DNA from: an uncultured Carnobacterium sp.
GTDB taxonomy: Bacteria > Bacillota > Bacilli > Lactobacillales > Aerococcaceae
Length of the DNA stretch: 41,022 nt
Direction: 5' to 3'
Assembly: GCA_937976325.1 (NCBI GenBank)
Contig: CALJSD010000223.1
Span: 1-41,022, forward strand
Shown piece by piece: positions 25,972 through 36,513 of this stretch (positions are counted from its first letter, which is position 1; the number at the start of each line of letters is the position of its first letter). The notes under the pieces were generated by a model. That model was not told the origin of the DNA, searched no databases, and was given only the letters and a program-made list of their open reading frames with translations. Both the position numbers and the translations under genes were made by a program.

Positions 25972-27819
25972 ATGAAATTAAGAAATGATATTCGCAATAT
26001 TGCTATTATCGCCCACGTTGACCACGGTAAAACAACACTAGTGGATGAATTATTAAAACAATCAGATACATTAGATGCACGTACAGAATTATCAGAACGT
26101 GCCATGGACTCAAACGATATCGAACGTGAACGCGGTATTACAATTTTAGCGAAAAATACAGCCGTTCAATATAAAGGAACTCGTATCAATATCATGGATA
26201 CACCAGGACACGCGGACTTCGGTGGAGAAGTAGAACGTATCATGAAAATGGTAGACGGTGTAGTTCTTGTCGTGGATGCGTATGAAGGTACAATGCCTCA
26301 AACTCGTTTCGTATTGAAAAAAGCGTTAGAACAACATTTAACACCAATCGTTGTAGTAAACAAAATCGACCGTGACGCTGCTCGTCCAGAAGAAGTAGTC
26401 GATGAAGTATTAGAATTATTCATCGAATTAGGGGCAGATGATGATCAATTAGAATTCCCAGTGGTTTATGCTTCAGCATTAAACGGAACTTCAAGTTTAT
26501 CAGACAATCCAGCTGACCAAGAAAAAACAATGGATTACTTATTCGATACAATTATCGAACATATTCCAGCTCCAGTGGACAACTCAGATGAACCATTACA
26601 ATTCCAAGTATCATTATTAGACTATAATGATTATGTAGGACGTATCGGTATCGGACGTGTATTCCGTGGAACTGTAAAAGTTGGGGACCAAGTATCTCTA
26701 TTAAAATTAGATGGAACTAAGAAAAACTTCCGTGTTACAAAATTATTTGGTTTCTTCGGATTAAACCGTTTAGAAATCAACGAAGCAAAAGCAGGGGACT
26801 TAATCGCTGTATCTGGTATGGAAGATATCTTCGTTGGAGAAACAGTAACTCCAGTAGATTCACACGAAAGCCTACCAATTTTACACATTGACGAACCAAC
26901 GTTACAAATGACATTCTTGACAAACAACTCACCATTTGCGGGTCGTGAAGGTAAATATGTGACAGCACGTAAGATTGAAGAACGTTTAATGCGTGAATTA
27001 CACACAGACGTATCTCTTAAAGTTGAACCAACTGATTCACCAGATGCATGGATCGTATCAGGACGTGGGGAATTACACTTATCAATCTTAATCGAAAACA
27101 TGCGTCGTGAAGGATACGAATTACAAGTATCTCGTCCAGAAGTAATCATCAAAGAAATCGATGGCGTGAAATGTGAGCCATTTGAACGCGTTCAAATCGA
27201 CACTCCTGAAGAATACATGGGTTCAATCATCGAATCATTAAGTAACCGTAAAGGTGAAATGCAAGATATGCAACACAATGATAACGGACAAGTTCGTATC
27301 GTCTTCTTAGTTCCAGCTCGTGGATTATTAGGATATACAACTGAATTCTTATCAATGACACGTGGTTACGGAATCATGAACCACACATTCGATCAATACT
27401 TACCATACATTCCAACAAGTATCGGCGGACGTCGTAATGGGGCACTTGTTTCAACAGATACAGGTAAAGCAACTACTTACGGAATTATGGGTGTTGAAGA
27501 CCGTGGTGTGATTTTCACTGAACCAGGTACTGAAATTTATGAAGGTATGATTGTTGGGGAACACTCTCGTGAAAACGACTTAGCAGTTAATATTACGAAA
27601 GCAAAACAACAAACTAACGTACGTTCAGCAACGAAAGACCAAACTTCAGTTATTAAGACTCCTAAGAAATTATCTCTTGAAGAGTCATTAGAATTCTTAT
27701 CAGACGATGAATACTGCGAAATTACTCCAGAAACAATTCGTTTAAGAAAACAAATTCTAAATAAAGGCGAACGTGAAAAAGCCAATAAACGTAGAAAACA
27801 AGCTGAGTCAGAAAACTAA
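25972..27819 (+). CDS. typA: Translational GTPase TypA/BipA
   Basis: [41 protein letters not shown]. Confidence 0.98.
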   Translation: MKLRNDIRNIAIIAHVDHGKTTLVDELLKQSDTLDARTELSERAMDSNDIERERGITILAKNTAVQYKGTRINIMDTPGHADFGGEVERIMKMVDGVVLVVDAYEGTMPQTRFVLKKALEQHLTPIVVVNKIDRDAARPEEVVDEVLELFIELGADDDQLEFPVVYASALNGTSSLSDNPADQEKTMDYLFDTIIEHIPAPVDNSDEPLQFQVSLLDYNDYVGRIGIGRVFRGTVKVGDQVSLLKLDGTKKNFRVTKLFGFFGLNRLEINEAKAGDLIAVSGMEDIFVGETVTPVDSHESLPILHIDEPTLQMTFLTNNSPFAGREGKYVTARKIEERLMRELHTDVSLKVEPTDSPDAWIVSGRGELHLSILIENMRREGYELQVSRPEVIIKEIDGVKCEPFERVQIDTPEEYMGSIIESLSNRKGEMQDMQHNDNGQVRIVFLVPARGLLGYTTEFLSMTRGYGIMNHTFDQYLPYIPTSIGGRRNGALVSTDTGKATTYGIMGVEDRGVIFTEPGTEIYEGMIVGEHSRENDLAVNITKAKQQTNVRSATKDQTSVIKTPKKLSLEESLEFLSDDEYCEITPETIRLRKQILNKGEREKANKRRKQAESEN

Positions 27820-27829
27820 TCTGAATAGC

Positions 27830-27860
27830 AAAAGGTGGATGCATTGCATCCACCTTTTTT
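27830..27860 (+). terminator. Intrinsic terminator
   Basis: AAAAGGTGGATGCA-T-TGCATCCACCTTTTTT. Confidence 0.85.
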
Positions 27861-27925
27861 GGTTGTTTTTATTGATTTAATGTAACTCGAACAACTTGCT
27901 CATGAAGATTTCGATTTTAAAAGTT

Positions 27926-27951
27926 AAGTGATACCGTATACGGTATCACTT
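27926..27951. promoter_or_regulatory. Perfect 26-bp palindrome, candidate operator
   Basis: AAGTGATACCGTA|TACGGTATCACTT, ~20 bp upstream of TTTACA-17-TATAGT (27971-27999). Confidence 0.6.
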
Positions 27952-28029
27952 GTATTAGGTGTATTGTGTTTTTACATACAGTTGTAGTATCCTTATAGTA
28001 ATAATGTTTTTAGAGAGAAGAGATAATAG

Positions 28030-28761
28030 ATGACAAAACAAAGAAAAATTATGTACGGAGTTTTTGGAGTCCTGTTTGCGTTTATTTTATTAGCACTCGG
28101 TTTGATTCAAATGTTCACGTACCGAGCGACTCCCGAGGCACAAGAAACGTGGAATGTTGCAGCGTTTGAACAGAAGAATAACTGGTCTCATTTTGAGGTG
28201 ACTGGAGAAAAGAAAGGAACCCTTTTATTTTATACGGGGGCTTTAGTTGAACCGCAGGCGTATGCAAAACTTGCAGATGGACTTGCTAAAGAAGGAATCG
28301 AAGTATACATTATTTCCTCTCAGTTGAATTTACCAGTATTAGATAATGGGACGATGGCAACAATTGTAAAAGAAGAGCACTTAGACAAAGTATTTGTCGG
28401 AGGGCACTCACTAGGCGGTGTTGTTTCTACCATTGAAGCGAAAAAACTGAACGAGATGGGTCAAGTTTCTGGATTAATTTTACTGGCAAGTTATCCAGAT
28501 CAGAGTACGGATATTAGCGACACTCAAATTCCTGTATTATCGATTACGGCTTCGAATGACAAAATTTTGAAACAAGAAAAATATGAAGATGCGAAATCCC
28601 GTTTGCCAGAATCTACACTCTATACAACGATTGAGGGTGGGAACCATAGTGGCTTTGGACTATATGGACAACAAAATGGCGATGGTACAGCTACAATGAG
28701 TGCCGAAGAACAACAAAAACAATTAGTTCAACTCATTAAACAATTTATCGTATCGCATTAA
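28030..28761 (+). CDS. Membrane-anchored alpha/beta hydrolase (Abhydrolase_5-like carboxylesterase)
   Basis: N-terminal TM/signal, GHSLGG nucleophile elbow, LLASY, GGNHSGFG. Confidence 0.85.
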   Translation: MTKQRKIMYGVFGVLFAFILLALGLIQMFTYRATPEAQETWNVAAFEQKNNWSHFEVTGEKKGTLLFYTGALVEPQAYAKLADGLAKEGIEVYIISSQLNLPVLDNGTMATIVKEEHLDKVFVGGHSLGGVVSTIEAKKLNEMGQVSGLILLASYPDQSTDISDTQIPVLSITASNDKILKQEKYEDAKSRLPESTLYTTIEGGNHSGFGLYGQQNGDGTATMSAEEQQKQLVQLIKQFIVSH

Positions 28762-28786
28762 GCTAGGCTTCGGTCTAGCTTTTTTT
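28760..28786 (+). terminator. Intrinsic terminator
   Basis: AAGCTAGGC-TTCG-GTCTAGCTTTTTTT. Confidence 0.85.
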
Positions 28787-28855
28787 GTACGCTTGGGTTG
28801 TGTTTTGGTTACGTCGCAGGTATCATGGAAGTAACGAATTTTGGAGGTAGAGCGT

Positions 28856-29839
28856 ATGCAACAAAAAGTAACAAAGAATTGGGTCACTATCGGAACAGGT
28901 GTGATTGCCAATGAATTAGCAGTAGCGTTAGAATCATTGGATGGAAAACTATATGGAGTTGCCAATCGCACCTATGCCAATGCCGTAAAATTTGCAGAAA
29001 AATATGGTATTGATAAAGTGTACGATGAAATTGACGATGTCTTTACAGATCCAGAAGTAGATATTATTTATATTTCAACTCCGCATAACACGCATATTCA
29101 CTATCTTAGAAAGGCCTTAGCATCTGGAAAGCATGTGTTATGCGAAAAGGCCATTACATTAAACAGTGAAGAATTGGAAGAGGCGTTGCAACTCGCTAAC
29201 GAAAATAATGTTGTTTTGGCTGAGGCAATGACGCTTTACCATATGCCGGTCTATAAACAATTAAGTAAAGCTGCTGAAAACTTGGGTGAGCTTCGCATGA
29301 TTCAAATGAACTTTGGTAGCTATAAAGATTATGATATGACGAACCGTTTCTTCAATCGAAATCTTGCCGGTGGAGCATTGCTTGATATTGGCGTATATGC
29401 TTTGTCTTGCATTCGTTATTTCATGAGCGAGGCGCCAAGTTCGATGGTTTCTCAAGTGAAATTAGCGCCAACGGGTGTGGATGAGCAAGCTGGTATTGTG
29501 TTGACGAATGATGCAGGAGAAATGGCGACTGTGACGATGACGCTCCATGCGAAACAACCAAAACGCGGTGTCATTGCATACGACAAAGGGTATATTGAGA
29601 TTGTTGATTACCCACGCGCGCATAAAGCGACGATTACTTATACAGAAGATGGACATGTTGAAACTTTTGAAGACGAATTGGGATTAGATGCCTTAGCTTA
29701 TGAAGTTCCAGATATGGAGTCAACGATTAATACAGGAGTTGACCACATGCATCTTGAATATACGGTCGATGTGATGAAAATCATGACAGAATTACGCCGT
29801 GAATGGGGAATCAAGTATCCAGAGGAAGAGGAAGCATGA
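28856..29839 (+). CDS. Gfo/Idh/MocA family oxidoreductase
   Basis: GTGVIA, YISTPHNTH, GKHVLCEK, GGALLDIGVY; GGAGGT RBS supports ATG 28856. Confidence 0.9.
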   Translation: MQQKVTKNWVTIGTGVIANELAVALESLDGKLYGVANRTYANAVKFAEKYGIDKVYDEIDDVFTDPEVDIIYISTPHNTHIHYLRKALASGKHVLCEKAITLNSEELEEALQLANENNVVLAEAMTLYHMPVYKQLSKAAENLGELRMIQMNFGSYKDYDMTNRFFNRNLAGGALLDIGVYALSCIRYFMSEAPSSMVSQVKLAPTGVDEQAGIVLTNDAGEMATVTMTLHAKQPKRGVIAYDKGYIEIVDYPRAHKATITYTEDGHVETFEDELGLDALAYEVPDMESTINTGVDHMHLEYTVDVMKIMTELRREWGIKYPEEEEA

Positions 29840-30483
29840 AGCAACAAGAACAATTAAAGGCGATGGAGCAGTATGCAAAAAGAGTGCTTAGTGCGGATAC
29901 AACAGGGCACGATTGGTCGCATATTGAACGCGTCGTCAATACGACAAAGACGATTGCGAAGGCGGAAGGAGCAGACTTATTTATTTGTGAAGCTGCAGCG
30001 CTACTCCATGATGTTATCGATGATAAAATTATCAAAGACCCTGTAGTTGCGTTGAAGGAATTGAAAGAATTTCTAACTTCTATCGAAGTGACTCCTGAAC
30101 AAGTTGAAGCCATTGAGTCGATTATTACGAAAATGTCGTTTAAGAATCATCATGAGAAGCAAGAGCTCTCTCTTGAAGGGAAAGTAGTGCAAGACGCTGA
30201 CCGATTAGATGCGATTGGTGCGATTGGGGTTGCCCGTGTGATGTGTTACTCTGGAAGTACAGGAAGACCAATCCATATTCCGGACATGAAGCCTCGTGAA
30301 AATATGACACCTGAAGAATATCGAAACGGTGAATCGACAGCTATCATGCACTTCTATGAAAAATTACTGAAGTTAAAAGATTTGATGAATACCAAATATG
30401 GTAATGAATTAGCAAAAGGGCGGCATGAATTTTTAGAAACGTATTTAGAGCAATTTTATGCCGAATGGGATGGAAAACGATAG
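29836..30483 (+). CDS. HD domain phosphohydrolase
   Basis: GHDWSHIERV, LLHD, VQDADRLDAIGAIG, HFYEKLL; ATGA overlap with upstream gene. Confidence 0.9.
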   Translation: MKQQEQLKAMEQYAKRVLSADTTGHDWSHIERVVNTTKTIAKAEGADLFICEAAALLHDVIDDKIIKDPVVALKELKEFLTSIEVTPEQVEAIESIITKMSFKNHHEKQELSLEGKVVQDADRLDAIGAIGVARVMCYSGSTGRPIHIPDMKPRENMTPEEYRNGESTAIMHFYEKLLKLKDLMNTKYGNELAKGRHEFLETYLEQFYAEWDGKR

Positions 30484-30485
30484 AT

Positions 30486-30523
30486 AAACAATAAGCGACA
30501 AATTTTTGTCGCTTATTTGTTTT
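30486..30523 (+). terminator. Intrinsic terminator
   Basis: AAACAATAAGCGACAAA / TTTGTCGCTTATTTGTTT. Confidence 0.75.
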
Positions 30524-30578
30524 GAATGAAAAATAGGTGTAGAATAGTAACTACATTTTAAATGAGAGGATTGGTTGC

Positions 30579-31946
30579 GTGGAAGTAGAGCAACAATTAA
30601 CGAATAAAGAACTGAGAAAAAATATATTTGTGATTGTTTGGCCAGTGTTTGTAGAAGTGCTTCTTGGAGCACTCTTTGGAATGGTCGATATGATGATGGT
30701 TGGGAAGGTGCCAGGAGATACTGCCGCAGCCGTTTCTGCAGTTGGGATGACCAACCAACCAATGTTTTTAGGATTGAGTTTGATTCAAGCGTTAAACGTT
30801 GGTGGTACGGCTATTATCGCCCGGTATTTTGGGGCTAAGAAATATAATCGTATGGGAAGTATCTTGAAGCATGTAATGATCCTTGCGATGGTATTCTGTG
30901 TCACTCCTGCAGCAATTTTAATGTTAATCTTTGCGCCAGAAATTTTGTTTCTAATGGGTGCAGATGAGACCGTTATTAATGTCGGATTAAATTACTTCAG
31001 GATTGTTACGATTGGGTTTATCTTCCAATCATTATCGTTCACTGTAACCGCAGCACTCCGAGGAATCGGCGAAACCAAAATTCCTATGAAAAATAATATT
31101 ATTGCGAATAGCTGTAATGTTTTAGGAAATGCGATTTTAATTTACGGGATGTTTGGCTTCCCAGCATTAGGCGTTACTGGTGCTGCGATTTCTACCGCAT
31201 TATCAAATTTAATTGCGATGGGATTAAATATCCGTTATATCTTGTCAGGAAAGAGTGTATTGAAACTCGATTTTAAAGAGAAGTTTGAGTTTAATGTCAA
31301 TGTGATGCGTGACCTGGTACGTATCGGCATCCCGACAGCATTAGAGCAAATGGCACTTCGTTTTGGAGTCATCATGTTCTTGAAGATTGTGTCTGGTTTA
31401 GGAAATAACGTTTATGCGGCTCACCAAATTGCCCTAAATGTACTTTCGTTATCGTATTCTCCAGCTCAAGCATTCGGGATTACAGCTTCCTCACTGATGG
31501 GGCAATCGCTTGGGGCTAAAAATGAGAAGTTGGCAGAGCGCTATACCAAGATGTGCCAGCGCATCGGCTTAATTTTAGCGATTATGATGTCTGCTTCGAT
31601 TTATTTTGGAGCGACACTACTAGCAGGAATGTATACGGATAATGTAGAAATTATTCAAAATACAGTGATTGCTTTATCGATTGTTGCGTTTGTTCAGCCG
31701 TTCCAAAGTCATCAATTGATTACTTCTGGAGCCTTACGTGGGGCGGGAGATACAGTGTGGCCATTGATTGCTATTTTTATTGGATCATGTGTGATTCGAC
31801 TAAGTTTAGGATATGTATTTGTAAACTTCTTCGGATGGGGACTTGCTGGTGCGTGGTATGCGGTCTTTATCGACCAATTTATCAGGGATATGATTATCCT
31901 CCTTCGATTTAGAAGCGGTCGATGGAAAAACATCCGAATTGCATAA
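30579..31946 (+). CDS. MATE family efflux transporter
   Basis: ~12 TM; GMVDMMMVG, LRGIGETKIPM, LGVTGAAIST, LRGAGDT; GTG start after GAGG. Confidence 0.9.
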   Translation: MEVEQQLTNKELRKNIFVIVWPVFVEVLLGALFGMVDMMMVGKVPGDTAAAVSAVGMTNQPMFLGLSLIQALNVGGTAIIARYFGAKKYNRMGSILKHVMILAMVFCVTPAAILMLIFAPEILFLMGADETVINVGLNYFRIVTIGFIFQSLSFTVTAALRGIGETKIPMKNNIIANSCNVLGNAILIYGMFGFPALGVTGAAISTALSNLIAMGLNIRYILSGKSVLKLDFKEKFEFNVNVMRDLVRIGIPTALEQMALRFGVIMFLKIVSGLGNNVYAAHQIALNVLSLSYSPAQAFGITASSLMGQSLGAKNEKLAERYTKMCQRIGLILAIMMSASIYFGATLLAGMYTDNVEIIQNTVIALSIVAFVQPFQSHQLITSGALRGAGDTVWPLIAIFIGSCVIRLSLGYVFVNFFGWGLAGAWYAVFIDQFIRDMIILLRFRSGRWKNIRIA

Positions 31947-31951
31947 AGGTA

Positions 31952-31974
31952 GGGCTGGAATATCCAGCCTTTTT
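31952..31974 (+). terminator. Intrinsic terminator
   Basis: GGCTGGA-ATA-TCCAGCC then T5. Confidence 0.75.
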
Positions 31975-32143
31975 GTTTTTGTCTTAAATCGTGCGGATTA
32001 GTTTACTGAAATGATGAAAAATCAAAAGAAAACTTATGGAGATTGATTTTTTATTGATTTTCTATTATTTTTGGTTGGTGCAATTATAGTGTTTGTGATA
32101 CTATAGTAGAAAGATGTAAAGAGATTGGAGTTTTCAAACGATT

Positions 32144-32779
32144 ATGGCAAGAAAAGGTTTATTAATCGTTTTATCTGGGCCTTCAGGTGTCGGCAAAGGA
32201 ACAGTACGCGCAGCAATTTTTGCAAAAGACAATCAAGAATTCGTGTACTCAGTATCCGCAACGACCCGTAAGCCAAGACCAGGTGAAGTGGATGGAAAAG
32301 ATTATTTCTTCAAATCAAGAGAAGAATTTGAAGAGATGATTGCGAATAAAAAATTATTAGAATACGCAGAGTACGTAGGGAATTACTATGGAACGCCTTT
32401 AGATTATGTGCAAGAAACATTAGATAAAGGAAAAGATGTATTCTTAGAAATTGAAGTTCAAGGTGCGCTTCAAGTACGTGAAGCTATGCCGGATGGGGTG
32501 TTTATTTTCTTAACACCACCTGATTTACATGAACTAGAATCTCGCATCGTAAACCGTGGAACAGATTCAGACGAAGTAATTAAAAACCGTATGAAGGTTG
32601 CAAGAGAAGAACTTGGTTTGATGAAGTATTATGATTACTCTGTTGTGAATGACAAAGTAGAAAATGCGGTTCGACAAATCGAAGCAATTATTCAAACAGA
32701 ACATTTACGCATCCAAAGAAACTTGGAAAGCATTGAAGAGTTCGAAGATGAATTAGAAGAAATTTTAGAAGAAGAGTAG
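32144..32779 (+). CDS. gmk: Guanylate kinase
   Basis: [33 protein letters not shown]. Confidence 0.97.
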   Translation: MARKGLLIVLSGPSGVGKGTVRAAIFAKDNQEFVYSVSATTRKPRPGEVDGKDYFFKSREEFEEMIANKKLLEYAEYVGNYYGTPLDYVQETLDKGKDVFLEIEVQGALQVREAMPDGVFIFLTPPDLHELESRIVNRGTDSDEVIKNRMKVAREELGLMKYYDYSVVNDKVENAVRQIEAIIQTEHLRIQRNLESIEEFEDELEEILEEE

Positions 32780-32796
32780 AAAGAGGGAAGACCATT

Positions 32797-33012
32797 ATGA
32801 TGTTATATCCATCAATCGATAAATTGTTGAAAAAAATCGATTCAAAATATTCATTAGTTATTTTATCAAGTAAACGTGCACATGAGTTACACCACCATGA
32901 ACCACCAATGTTAGAACACTACGAATCACATAAAAACGTAGGTCGTGCGTTGGAAGAAGTTGTTGCTGGCGACTTAACAATTCGTGAAGACAGCAAACCT
33001 GAACACGTATAA
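32797..33012 (+). CDS. rpoZ: RNA polymerase omega subunit
   Basis: MMLYPSIDKLL...SKYSLVILSSKRAHEL...ALEEV; follows gmk. Confidence 0.95.
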   Translation: MMLYPSIDKLLKKIDSKYSLVILSSKRAHELHHHEPPMLEHYESHKNVGRALEEVVAGDLTIREDSKPEHV

Positions 33013-33022
33013 TCACATTTAT

Positions 33023-33050
33023 AGTCAAGGGAAACTCCCTTGGCTTTTTT
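33023..33050 (+). terminator. Intrinsic terminator
   Basis: AGTCAAGGGA-AAC-TCCCTTGGCTTTTTT. Confidence 0.8.
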
Positions 33051-33141
33051 GTTTTCGTAGTTTTGTAGTGTAGAGCAAGCGACAACAAATTAAAGTGCAT
33101 TATGGTATAATGAGTAGTAAAACTATTTTGGAGGTGAGAAG

Positions 33142-35547
33142 ATGTATGCAAAAGTAATCGTTGACGTTCCAGTCATTCAAGTGAATCGACCATTTGATTA
33201 TCATGTCCCAGAAAATTTACAAGAGAGTATTGAAGTAGGGATGCGTGTTGCAGTTCCGTTTGGTGGTCGTAGTATTTCTGGATTCGTACTAGCGCTTAGT
33301 GACGAAGTAGATTTTGACGGAGAAGTAAAAGATATTTTGCATTTAATGGATTTAGATCCCGTCTTATCACCAGAGATGATAGAGCTTGGAGCATATTTAT
33401 CGAAGAAGGTTCATGCTTTCCTTATTCAATGTTATCAAACGATGCTTCCAGCAATGTTGAAATCGGATTATGAAAAGCGATTCGTCTTAGTGAATCCGAA
33501 AGACCATGAAGATGTGTTTCGAGAAATTTTCCATTACGGAAACGCATTGCAATACACGGATGACTTGCCGCAAGAACATTTAAAACGATTAATGAAGTTA
33601 AAGAAAGAAGGCGCTGTAGTCATCGAGACGGTTGTTAAAGACCGCGCGAAGGTGAAAACAGAAGACTGGATTCGATTGAATTATGTGATGCAAGAATATG
33701 AGGAGTTTATTCCAACAATCTCTGCTCGTGCCAAGAAGAAAGTAGCACTCTTAAAGACGCTCGCTTCAATGGAAGTGATGGAAATCGAAAAAAGACGTTT
33801 CTTAGAGGATACTGATTTTACAACGGCCGATTTAAAATTCGCAGTCGAACGCAATTGGATTACGATTGTTCAAAAAGAAGTGAACCGTGATCCTTACAAA
33901 GGAAGAGTCTTTAAAAAGAGTGCTCCATTCCAGTTAAATCCTGAACAACAAGTTGCGTTTGACCGAGTGAAAGCCGAATCCATCGATACAGACACGTCAA
34001 AAGTGTACTTGTTAGAAGGTGTAACTGGTTCTGGGAAAACAGAAGTGTACTTACAATGGATTGGGGAAGTGATTGAAAAAGGAAAGAGCGCGATGATGCT
34101 CGTTCCAGAAATTGCATTGACTCCTCAAATGGTCGACCGATTTAAGTCGCGCTTTGGAGACCGAGTAGCGGTGCTTCATAGTGGGCTAAGTGTCGGTGAA
34201 AAATACGATGAATGGCGTAAAATTAAGAATAAAGAAGCAGACATTGTGGTCGGTGCTCGTTCTTCGGTCTTTGCTCCATTAGAAAATATCGGAATTATTA
34301 TTTTAGATGAAGAACACGAAGCAACGTATAAACAAGATGAATCCCCAAGATACCATGCTCGCGATGTAGCGATTTGGCGTGGGGAATATCATCATTGTCC
34401 AGTAGTGTTAGGAAGTGCGACTCCAAGTCTTGAGTCCCGTGCTCGTGCGCAAAAGGGAGTGTATACACTGCTACGATTAACGAAACGTGCACAGGCGCAG
34501 CTGTTGCCTGAAGTTCATTTGATTGATATGAGAACGGAATTCGTTCATCAAAAAGGATCGTTTTCTAAGACATTACTAGATGCGGTCGAAAAACGATTAG
34601 AACGAGGAGAGCAAAGTGTGTTGCTTTTAAACCGACGCGGATATTCTTCTTTTGTACTTTGTCGTGATTGTGGAACGGTATTGGAATGTCCGAATTGCGA
34701 TATTTCATTAACGCTTCATATGGATACAAGAAGTATGAAATGCCACTATTGTGGTCACGAAGAACATATTCCTAATTTCTGTCCGAAATGTCATAGTCGA
34801 CAAATTCGTTATTTTGGAACAGGGACGCAGAAGGTACAAGAAGAATTGCAGGAAGTATTCCCAGACGCTCGCATTGTGCGAATGGACGTGGATACGACAA
34901 GACGAAAAGGGCAACATGAAGCGATTCTGAAACAGTTCGAAAATCAAGAAGCCGATATTTTAATTGGAACTCAGATGATTGCGAAAGGTCTAGATTATCC
35001 AAACGTAACGCTCGTGGGTGTTATTAATGCGGATACGGCGCTGAATATTCCTGATTTTAGAAGTTCGGAAAAAACATTCCAACTATTGACTCAAGTATCA
35101 GGACGTGCAGGGCGTGGGAATAAACCTGGTGAAGTATTTATCCAAACTTATAACCCAACGCATTACGCGATTCAATTAGCACAAGGACATCAGTATGAGC
35201 GATTCTTTGAAACGGAAATGCGGATGCGACATATGGCCAACTATCCACCGTACTTCTTTACAACGATGATTACGTTCTCGAGTGAAGAAGAAGGAGTGGC
35301 GTTGAAGAAAGCCATCGAAGTGCATAAGGCATTGAAGGCGAATGTGTCGCCGAATGCAGTGGTGTTAGGGCCGACTGCTAAATCGATTGCGCGCATGAAT
35401 AATCGTTATTATTTCCAAATTATTGTGAAGTACAAAAACGAACCGCAATTGCAAGAGTTCTTAGAACAATTGGTGATGGAAACACAAGAAGTCGGTTCGA
35501 AGAAATTACTCATGACGATTGATATGGAACCACAACATTTCTTATAG
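33142..35547 (+). CDS. priA: Primosomal protein N' helicase
   Basis: GVTGSGKTEVY, DEEH, four CxxC pairs, QVSGRAGR; TGgTATAAT at 33103-33111 upstream. Confidence 0.97.
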   Translation: MYAKVIVDVPVIQVNRPFDYHVPENLQESIEVGMRVAVPFGGRSISGFVLALSDEVDFDGEVKDILHLMDLDPVLSPEMIELGAYLSKKVHAFLIQCYQTMLPAMLKSDYEKRFVLVNPKDHEDVFREIFHYGNALQYTDDLPQEHLKRLMKLKKEGAVVIETVVKDRAKVKTEDWIRLNYVMQEYEEFIPTISARAKKKVALLKTLASMEVMEIEKRRFLEDTDFTTADLKFAVERNWITIVQKEVNRDPYKGRVFKKSAPFQLNPEQQVAFDRVKAESIDTDTSKVYLLEGVTGSGKTEVYLQWIGEVIEKGKSAMMLVPEIALTPQMVDRFKSRFGDRVAVLHSGLSVGEKYDEWRKIKNKEADIVVGARSSVFAPLENIGIIILDEEHEATYKQDESPRYHARDVAIWRGEYHHCPVVLGSATPSLESRARAQKGVYTLLRLTKRAQAQLLPEVHLIDMRTEFVHQKGSFSKTLLDAVEKRLERGEQSVLLLNRRGYSSFVLCRDCGTVLECPNCDISLTLHMDTRSMKCHYCGHEEHIPNFCPKCHSRQIRYFGTGTQKVQEELQEVFPDARIVRMDVDTTRRKGQHEAILKQFENQEADILIGTQMIAKGLDYPNVTLVGVINADTALNIPDFRSSEKTFQLLTQVSGRAGRGNKPGEVFIQTYNPTHYAIQLAQGHQYERFFETEMRMRHMANYPPYFFTTMITFSSEEEGVALKKAIEVHKALKANVSPNAVVLGPTAKSIARMNNRYYFQIIVKYKNEPQLQEFLEQLVMETQEVGSKKLLMTIDMEPQHFL

Positions 35548-35556
35548 AGGTGAAAA

Positions 35557-36513
35557 ATGAAGAAAGTTATTTTTATGGGAACGCCTGAGTTTTCAACAGG
35601 TGTTTTGAAACGATTAATTGAAGATGAAACAGTTGAAGTCATTGCCGTTGTCACACAACCAGACCGTGCAGTTGGACGTAAGAAAATTATTACACCAACT
35701 CCTGTAAAGGTGGTGGCATTGGAGCATGATATTCCTGTTTATCAACCAGAAAAATTAAGTGGGTCGCAGGAATTGGAAGAGTTGATGCAACTAGATGCAG
35801 ATTTAATTGTAACGGCAGCTTATGGTCAATTCTTACCAACGAAGTTTTTAAACTTCCCACGTTTTGGTGCGGTGAACGTTCACGCGTCACTCTTACCAAA
35901 ATATCGTGGTGGAGCACCAATCCATTATGCAATTATGAACGGGGACAAAGAAACTGGCGTAACGATTATGCGAATGGTTGCGAAGATGGATGCGGGTGCG
36001 ATTATTTCACAACGCGCTATTCCAATTACTGGCGAAGACGATGTGGCTAGTATGTTTGAAAAATTAAGCATCATTGGAGCGGATTTACTAATCAAAACAT
36101 TACCAGCGTTATTTGCTGGAACGATTACTGAAGTAGAGCAAGACGAAGCGCTTGTATCGTTCTCTCCAAATATTTCAAGAGAGCAAGAGCAAATTGACTG
36201 GAATAAAACAGCGACTGAAGTAGATTGCTTCGTGCGTGGCTTACGTCCTTGGCCAACTTCATTTACGATTTTAAACGGGAATCGTGTGAAGATGTGGGGA
36301 GTTGCTTTAACAGATAAACAAACTACTAAAGCACCAGGTAGCTTATTTGTAGAAGGCGGACGTCTGTATGTTGCTTGCGGAGGCGGAACTGTTCTTGAGA
36401 TTACACGTCTTCAACCAGCAGGAAAAGCTCAAATGGATGCGAAGGCATTTATGAATGGATTTTCAGAATGGTTGAAAAATGATGCGATTTTTGAGGGGTT
36501 AAACCATGAGTAA
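35557..36513 (+). CDS. fmt: Methionyl-tRNA formyltransferase
   Basis: FMGTPEF, NVHASLLPKYRGGAPI, MDAG. Confidence 0.97.
   Translation: MKKVIFMGTPEFSTGVLKRLIEDETVEVIAVVTQPDRAVGRKKIITPTPVKVVALEHDIPVYQPEKLSGSQELEELMQLDADLIVTAAYGQFLPTKFLNFPRFGAVNVHASLLPKYRGGAPIHYAIMNGDKETGVTIMRMVAKMDAGAIISQRAIPITGEDDVASMFEKLSIIGADLLIKTLPALFAGTITEVEQDEALVSFSPNISREQEQIDWNKTATEVDCFVRGLRPWPTSFTILNGNRVKMWGVALTDKQTTKAPGSLFVEGGRLYVACGGGTVLEITRLQPAGKAQMDAKAFMNGFSEWLKNDAIFEGLNHE

Noticed and set aside
26631..27152. 173-aa antisense ORF in typA (and similar antisense ORFs in polA, glnP, pepA, priA, pknB)
   Set aside because: Opposite-strand shadows of conserved, codon-biased genes; no RBS or domain evidence.
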